Source: a virus
Virus record (IMG/VR): IMGVR_UViG_3300017963_000217
Span: 35,387 to 99,386 of that record
Length of the DNA stretch: 64,000 bases
Strand: one strand, 5' to 3'
The number at the start of each line of letters is the position of its first letter. Within the stretch, counting starts at the first letter, position 1. Both the position numbers and the translations under genes were made by a program. Shown piece by piece: positions 41,301-50,300 of the stretch. The notes under the pieces are model-generated. The model was not told where the DNA came from, did not search any database, and saw only the letters and a program-made list of their open reading frames with translations.

Positions 41301-44300
41301 CTATAACCGCTGCTACTAAAGTATATAGACAAGAGGGTGAAAGTACTGTTAGATTTCTAGATTCTTGGACAGAAGTCGAAGCGAGACATGCCATTACCTC
41401 TAATGAGTTAGCCAATGCTTTGAAAAAGGCAGCCGCTGCAGCTAAAACTTCAGGAGTGGAATTCGATGAGTTGAATGCTATTGTGACTGCTATCGGTGAG
41501 ACTACTAGACAGTCTGGTAAAGAGATAGGTACTTCATTGAGATTTATATTCAGGCGTATACAGGCTGAGAAGGGTCCTAAAGAATTAGCGAGTATAGGTA
41601 TACCTGTTGTAGGAGCTGGTGGCGAGTTGAGAAGTACTTTTGATATATTAGGAGATTTATCTGATAAATGGAAAGATTTGACTAATGCCCAGAGACTTAA
41701 TATAGCTACAGCTATAGGTGGTAGAAGGCATTATAACAGTCTAATAGTTCTAATGCAAAATTGGGATAGAGCATTGTCAGCGTTGAACAGTAGCTTGAAT
41801 TCTAAAGGTGCTGCCGAAAGACGTAATTATATAGTTATGCAGACTTATGCTAAGCAGCTTCAGCAGGTTAGAGGAGCATTGGTAGATCTGCAAATTCAGT
41901 TTGGTAAATTTGCTCTACCCGTTGCAAAAGGTTTACTACAAAGTATAAAGTTCTTGTTAGAGACTTTAGCTAATATACCACCAGGTATAAAAATAGCAGC
42001 GCTGGCTTTCTCAGGATTGTTTGTTGCTATTGCTAAAGGAAAAACGTTAATTGATGATATTATAAACAGAGTAATGTCATTCGGCAGCGTCTTATCTGAT
42101 TTTGGTAGTCAATTTAGCAAAGAGTTTAAGATAGGTATATTCGAAGCTTTTGGTAAAATACCTAAAGGCTTGGGAGAAATAGATACTAGAGGATTATCGA
42201 CAATAACAGAGGCTGGTAAAAGTATACAAGATTTTGAATCTGTTATAGGTAAAGCTGCATACGTAGTAGCTCAGTTCGGTAGGAGTTGGAACTCTGTTAT
42301 GTCAGAGATAGCTTTTACTGGAACCGCTACTTCTGAAACCTTAAGCAAAGCTTTTGGCAAACTTGGGGGTGTATTAGGTAAAACAGGTCTAGTTGTAGGA
42401 ACTAAGATACCCGTGTTAGGTCAAATTATACAAGCAGCAGCCACTGGAGCTCAAGCGGGCGAGGGCGCGTTTCTTGAGTTAGGTAAATTATTTGGTATAC
42501 CAGCGGAAGCTTTGGCTAAGTGGAGTAAAGAAAATACTAGCTTTGTTAAGTCCATTGCGCCTTTGGCAGGATCTATATTAGCTTTAATACCTATATCTGG
42601 AAAAGCTTCTGATTCTATAAAGAAACTGGCTTTTTCTGCTACACAATATGAAAAATCTTTGTCTCCTATAAGAAGACAACTGAGTGGCCAGTTGTCTGAA
42701 ATTAACCAATTAGCTAATTCATACGATAATTTACAAAAAGCAATAGATAAGGCTAATATGGCTAGTCAGCCAGAAGCCGTGGCTGAATCTATACGTAGGG
42801 AGGAATTTGTTAGTCCGTTATTAGAAATAGCAAAAGCATCTAAGGGCGCAAAGGAATTTGGTAATAATTTATCTAAGGTTAATCTTTCTATGGTGGATAG
42901 CTTTGATCAGTTCGGTAATGCTATTATAAAACCCACTGCAAATTTGAAGGAATACTTTAGGGTATTAAAAGCCGCGAAAATACAAGAAATAGCGGAAACT
43001 GAAATATCAGCATTGGAAAAATTCTCTGAAGAACTTACTAATGCCGGGACTGTGTCAGCGAAATTTAGATCGGAACTGAAGAAATTTGTCAAAGAAATAC
43101 CCGCAATAGGACCTATATTGTCCAAACAGATCCAAATTTCTCCTGCACAGGAATTAAGAGAAGCGGTGGATGCTGTTAATAAGATATTGGAAAGAGGAGC
43201 TGAATTTCCCATGACTACAGCATTCGATGAGTTATTTCAGAGATATAATAAAGATTTAGAAGAAGCAAGAGAAAGATATAGAGAATTTTTTGCAGATTTC
43301 AAAAGAATATTGTCGGAAATTAGTACTGGTGACTTATCCGTAGCTCAAGTACGTGGACTGTTAGATAGAGAAACTTTGCAGCCCGCATTCGAATTAATGA
43401 CTGAATTTGAAGAGAGGTTAAAAACCTTTGCGGACGCTGGAAAACTTGATTGGGAAGATATTTTAGGAATAGAAATATTAAAGAAATTGAAACCAGAAGT
43501 AACTTTTGATTATGCTGCGCCGCTTACAAAAGATTTATTTAGGCAAGCTGGAATAATACAGAGATCTCAAAAGGCTTTTGCTGGGGATATAGTGTTATTT
43601 AGTGACGAAATAGAAAAACAATTTGATATAGCTGGTGATCAGGGTATATTAAAATATAGAGAGGGATTAGGATTTTTTGTAGAAGGTATAGATAAGGAAC
43701 TAAGAACAGTTAGAGAAATCCCGTTTGATACAGTAAGCCAGTTTGTTGATTCTATTTTTCCAGCTCAGAAGATCTCCGAAGGTGTACAAGAAAATGTAGA
43801 TATTCTGAGAGAGTCTTTGGTAGGTGCGGCGGCTGGTATGATAGGTATCGCTGATAAAGAATTTAGGCGTGAATTTGGATTGGGACCTAGATTTTTTGAA
43901 CAAATACCGACAGAAACTTTGATACAGACCCCTGGAGGATTCGATCTAGGTGGTAGGGCATTTGGCCCTCAGCCATTTAAAGCAGAATTTGCCGGTATAG
44001 AGGGTGGATTTCAAACTATAGTTAGAGATTTCTTTGTGAAGCCGTTGGAGCAGCTCGAGCAGTTAGTAGAGGAACCAAAGAGAAGGCTAGATGCTGGAGT
44101 AGGGTTTATACAAGGCCTTGAGAATGAAATACAGAGATTTGGTACTACTATAAAAAATAACCAAGTGGTGGTTCAATATATAGCTGCTTTTGTAGACTTG
44201 AATAAATCACTAGCCGAGTCCACAAGGTTATTGAATGAAAACATAGCTGTAGAAAGAGCACGTAATGAATATCTTAAAGAAACTGCTGGTTTACTGGCAG

Positions 44301-47300
44301 GATTGCCAGAGTCTTTTTCCGATATAAATCTAGGCATACGTAATTTCTTTGATTTAACAAGTCAACAAAGATTACTATTGGAAGAGCAGGCTTTACCGCC
44401 TAGAGAGAGAACATTTACTAGGTTGAGAGGTAGAGTAGCCGAAGAAGATATTAGAAGGCAATCACTTGCTGGAGAATTGGAACGTATAAATAGGACAATA
44501 GTACAGATAGGCACCATACGAGAACAAGCCAGAGCAGCTGGTGCTGTGATTCCAAGGGATCAATTAATGAGCATAACCGAATCTATAGCTGCTGGAGGTA
44601 CTGCACAGCAAGGGTTACAACTAGATCTACAGAAAGATATAAAATCTAACACATCAGATACAGTCACTCGTTTGGACGATATACTAGCGGCTTTGAAAGA
44701 TCCTAAAGCTGAAGCTAGGGGTGTGCAGTTAGCAAAGCAGATAGGAGAAAGCATTGCGTCTGATATAGAATTACTAAGAAATCCTCGTACTATAGATAGA
44801 GTAAATAAAGCTTTGGGATTACCGGTGCTAGAAAGGGGTATAGAATCTCAATTTAATGATTTAGTGAGGTTTAGAAATCTTGCTGAGAAACGTGGCAACA
44901 CACAGATTATAAAGGCTATTGATGAAACGTTGGCCGAACAGTCTAGAAATCTTATTTCTGCTGCTGGTTTAGGAAGAGCTAGAGGTATAATAGATCCAAG
45001 AGCTACTATTGGTGGTGGTATTGTAGAAATAACCAGGAATCTAGAGAACTTAGCGGCAGGCCGTCCATTAGGCCGCTCAATAGCCAGACAACGTATTCCT
45101 GAACTAGCATTTATGGGAGGCCAATTTACTGGACAGGACTTAATAAGTAGAGCTTTAGGTGGCGAAGGTCTAGTAGAATTTATACAAAGAATACAAGGTG
45201 CTGCTAAGATACCCACTGAAGAGGAATTAGGAGAAGCTCAATTAATTAGAACACTTGGTAGATCTATAGGACCTTCTATAGGAGTAGCGCTTACACCATT
45301 TTTGGGACCTGCTGGCATACTTGCGGCGCCAAGAGCTGCAGAGGCAGCAGCTGGGAGAATAGAAGGGGGAAGACTATCAGTACTAGCAGCGTCCCCTGAG
45401 TTTAAAGAATTAAATCAATTAATGAATGACCAGAATAAAACAAGTGTTACAAACTCTAAGACTTTACAGAAACTATTTGCAGCATATGGTGGATTCAATG
45501 AAATAGCAAGACAAGCTGCTAAAAGACAAGAGAGAGCCTATGATGTACAACTAAGGCAGTTAAATGAGCAGCGCAAAGGACTTGAGGTAAAATTTGAGGC
45601 TGGAGATCTAGGTACTGAAGAGTTTAGAAAACAAATGCAACAAGTAGCTTCCGAGATTACAGAAGTAGAAAAAAAGAGAGATGAAGCTGCTAAGACCGCA
45701 AGAAAAAGGGCTACTAGAGAAGCTGTTGGTGTAATAGCTTCTGCTACTACTGGATTTGCTAGAGCAGCGGGTATTAGTGAAGACGCATTAACAGCTTTAG
45801 GAACCACGGCTGCCGGATCAATAGTGGCATGGAATGCTTGGACTGCTCTGACCGGTGAAGAAATGCCCGAAGCGGTAAAAAAGGCTACTGATTCTTTAAA
45901 AGAAATGACCAAAGATATGGAAGATGTAGACTTTAATATTTTTGAAAAAGGCTTATTTGCTTTAGGAAAATATACAGGATTAGGTCTTGGAGCAGCTGGT
46001 AGGGCCGGTGCGGCTGCTAGAGGTGTAGAGAAAATGGCGGAGAATCAAGAAGATATATTAACCGCCGAAGAAAAAGATAAAATAAGGAAAGCTAAAGATT
46101 TACAAGCCACTAGTGAACAGATAAAGAAAGCTGATGAGTTATTAAAAACAATAAAGAAAGGCGATACTGAAAAGCTCAAAGGCGATGAAAAGGTTATAGA
46201 TGTCAATAGAGACCAATTAACAACTTTAATAGCTATAGAAGAAAATACGAGAAAATCAGCCGCTGATACAGCAGAACAGGCAACAGAAGCTAAAAAAGAA
46301 GCTCCAGTTACATCTATTACTAAAGAACTTAGAAATAAGTTAGATGAGATAAAGCAGGAAAGACTGATAGGTGGTGGAGATACAGCTGCAAAAATAAGGG
46401 ATTTTCTAGCGGCTGCTACACTAGTTACCGCGGCTGGATATGCCGGTACTAAGACACAATTATCAGCGGAACTGGGGGAAGCAGAAGATAGAGCGGAAAA
46501 AATAGGCGAAGCTTTTAATAAATTAGTATCTAGGTTTCCTAAAGAAGTAGAGGGTGCTATAGCTGATCTACAAAAACGTAGGGAGGAGACAGCAGAATCT
46601 TTGAGAAGAGCTAAATCACCTACTCAAATAAAATCCTTGTTGTTAGATTCTGAAAAAGCTTATAATGAATTTATTACTCAATTAGAATCAATGGCTTCTG
46701 GTATTGGTATGCAACTAAAGGAATCTGGCGAAGTTATAGCAAAAAGCAAAGATCAACTGTATTTGTTAGAGCTTGCTAAAGATATACAATCAGATTTTAG
46801 GAACGTTGGAAAAACTATAAGAGACTCTATTACGTCTTTGAAGGTAGATTTAGAATTTGGAACAGATTTAATAGGGGCTACCAAAGGCGTGCCTAAATTT
46901 GAAGAAATCCCTATAGGTAAGTTAGAAACGGAACTAACGCCCACAGAAAGGTTAGCAAAAGAGGGTGGAAAAGCATTCCAAGACATGATAGCTACTTTTC
47001 AAATATTGAATAGAGTGAGAGCTGAATTACTTGATGCCATAAAAAAGAATGCCGTTAATATATCTGATGCTAATGTTACTTTTTCTAATAGTATAAATGC
47101 TCACATAAAAACTATTGAAAGAGAAAAATCTAATATAGACAAAGTAAAAGGTGAGATTGATAGCTTAGATAAGACTGCTAAGGAACAAGTAAGACAGCTT
47201 AAAGATATTGGGCCTCCAAAGAAAATGGAGACAGGCTTCTTTATTAATATTTCTAAGTTTTATAAGGATTTGTATAAAAATGTATCTAATTTCTTTAAAT

Positions 47301-50300
47301 CTAAACCAGATATAGATACAGATCAGTTGGGAAGAGATCTTATTGGTAGTTCTTTATCTAATATTAATAAAAAGACCATAGAACTTAGATCAAAAGTAGC
47401 GGAATTCAATAAAACCTTGGATATAGGTAAACTTCTAGACAAGAAAAATATTGATGAAGAAATAGCTAAACTAAAGAAATCTCTCGCTCAAACTCAGACT
47501 ATAGGTAAATCTGCATTGGCTAGATATAGAGAAGTAGCACCTATTAAGCCATTATTTGGTGTATCAGAAGCTGTGAATATTCCAGAGGCTACAAGAGAAT
47601 ATGAATCTGTATCTGCTATTATAGTAAAGGCATCTAGAAAGATGCGTAGGTTGAGGATAGCAATAGATGACTTGGAAAAATTTAAGACTACTCCATTAGG
47701 ACGAGCTATTATAGGTCTGTCTGAAAAATCTAGGTTGGCAGCAGCGCAGCTAAATCTACAAACAAATGCCCAGGAAAAGTATGTTAATGCTTTGAAGTTT
47801 GTCAATACGGAATTAGCCAGGTTAAATCAAATATTAGCTGTAGGAGTTAATCTTAAAAAACTTGCCGGTGATTTCAAGAGTTTGAAGGAAGGGTTAGAAA
47901 TAGAGAATAAGTTAGCTGCGTTTACTAATGCTTTTAAAGAGGCTATGGATAAAACATTAGGAGGAGCACATCCTGAAGCTCCTGTGATTCCTTCTTTTGA
48001 TTTGTTACAAGCTGGCGTACCTATGGAAAGAATATTCAATTTGACAAGGGAAGAAGCAGAAAGAGCAGCAATAGTAGGTAGAACAGGAAGAGCCCCTACT
48101 TTAGCAGAAGAACAAGAGATAGAATTTAACCGTAGATTACGAGAAAGAGCATACAAACAAGCTAAAGAAGATGAGAAGTTGAATCGCCAGCAAAGTGTTG
48201 CTACCAATTTATATAGAAGCGTTGTCGAGGCTCAGCAACGAATAGCTCAGGTAGAGGATCCAAGGCTGAGAAAAAGTATGTTAGATGAGCTAGAGGTAGT
48301 AAGACAGGAGTTGTTAAGACAAGCCGGTGAAGCTCCTGCAAGAGGTGAGGAGATAGCTCCTGGTGTATTTGAAAGGATAGGTTATCATCTAGGAACCGTA
48401 GGAGAACAAATAAAAGAAGTATTTGAAAAGTACGGTGGTGAAGCGGCGGTATCCAGCTTGCAGACGACTTTCGAACAATCCATGGAAGCTCTTAGATCAG
48501 GACTACCAGAGGCTTTTAAACTAGATCCAGTACATGAGCAGTTAGTAAATGCTAATATAACTTTAGAGCAGATAGCTAAGAATACAGCCGAACAACCTGG
48601 GTTGATTGCTTCTGTTCTAGGAAAGGTATTTGGCAGCAAAGAGGAAGTAATTAGAAAGGCGGGAAGGGGGACAACAGCTGGCGGTGGAACAACTGGAACA
48701 TTTCAGATGGGAGGATTCACAGGTATGGTTGATGGTGCTGGAGGACCAAGACAAGATAATCATCCAGTTTTAGTAAGCTCTGGTGAATATGTAGTTCAGC
48801 AGCCTGCTGTCAAAAATATAGAAAAAATGTACGGATCTGGAGCCATGGAAGTGATTAACCAGGGCCAATTACCAATAGCGGGATACGGTGGTTTAATGCG
48901 CCGTAGATATCCCATGGGAGGAAAAATTCCTTATAGATTTGCTGGCGGCGGATCACCAGAACAAGCTTTTATACAACAACAGTTGGCTATGGGTGTTTCT
49001 CCTGAAGAAATAAGAGCGGAGCTTGGTGGTATTAAAACACCGCTTTTTGATCCGGGAGCATTAGTTGCTGGAAGTATAGGTGCTGGTGCTACTACATTAA
49101 CAGGTCCAACTAAGGTATTAGCAGATATCATCGCAACTAAAGCTTCTAGAATAGGTACTAAGAGCGAAGATATATTTGATGTTGCAGGATCATTTTTAAA
49201 GCAACATGTGCTTAGACCAGAATTACCCCCAGTTAATATGCCTAGAGTGACTGGTATTGATGTAAATAGTGTACAAAGAAAAGTTGAAGAAATAGAGAGA
49301 CAACTTGGGTATGAGCCTACTAAAAAACAACGCAGGCTGCGGGGTATAATGGCTATGCAAGAGTTATATGGACGTGGCGTATCTGGTGTTAGTATGTCAG
49401 GAGTACCATCGTTGTTTGGTGTGAGTAGTAAAGTAGCGGAATCGGAGATGGAAGTAGGAGGACGTAAGCCTACTGAATCGGAACAACTATCTCGTGATAT
49501 AATGGCTTTGGAAGCATTATTTGGGAGTAGCTCCGGAGAATTTTTTGGTGGCGGAATGATAAAGCGCTATCAAGATGGTGGTAAGATGACCATAAATGAT
49601 TATGTTAAATGGCAAGAAGAAAGTAGTAAATCGGTGCGGACAGAGCCTAAGTCTAGTTCTATCATGGACTTTTTTAGATCGTTATTTAAGAGAAGATCTA
49701 TGCAATATATGGGAGGGTATCTACCAGAAAGCGCGAAAAAAGCCTATGGTGATAAAATACCATCATTCCAATTTGGAGGCGTAATGCCAGAGGATGGATT
49801 GGCGTTTTTGCACAAGAACGAAACAGTCTTTCCAGATAACGAAAATATAGGAGAAAAAATAGCTGATGCTATAGTAAGAAAACTAGAAGAAGTAAAAATA
49901 GATTTTAATATACCAACCACAGCTGATTTACCAGAACTTACCATTGGTAATTTGAATGATCTACAAAATATATTAAATGAAGGATTGAATAATGCAGGTA
50001 CGGTAGGTGCTGCTAGAGGAAACAGCGCAATAGATAGATTTGTAGAAGCTGCGGAGGAAAGATTTACAGTACTAGAACAACAAACATTATCTAACTCCGA
50101 TAATATAAAAGTGCTGGACAGAAAATCTAATGAATTAGATGATATAAAAACAGATATAGAAACATTAGAATTTAGACTGGAATCAGTGTATAGTAGAACA
50201 GACAGGATGGTTGACGTCGCAGCTGATAGATCCTATGTTGATACAGCAATTAATGAAGCTCTTGGCAGATTTGATACTGATAAACTAGCACCAATGAGGG

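Noticed and set aside
29539-49944. Many minus-strand ORFs opposite the giant gene and other genes
   Set aside because: They are Ser/Leu/Phe-rich antisense shadows of purine-rich + strand coding, with no SD or motifs noticed.
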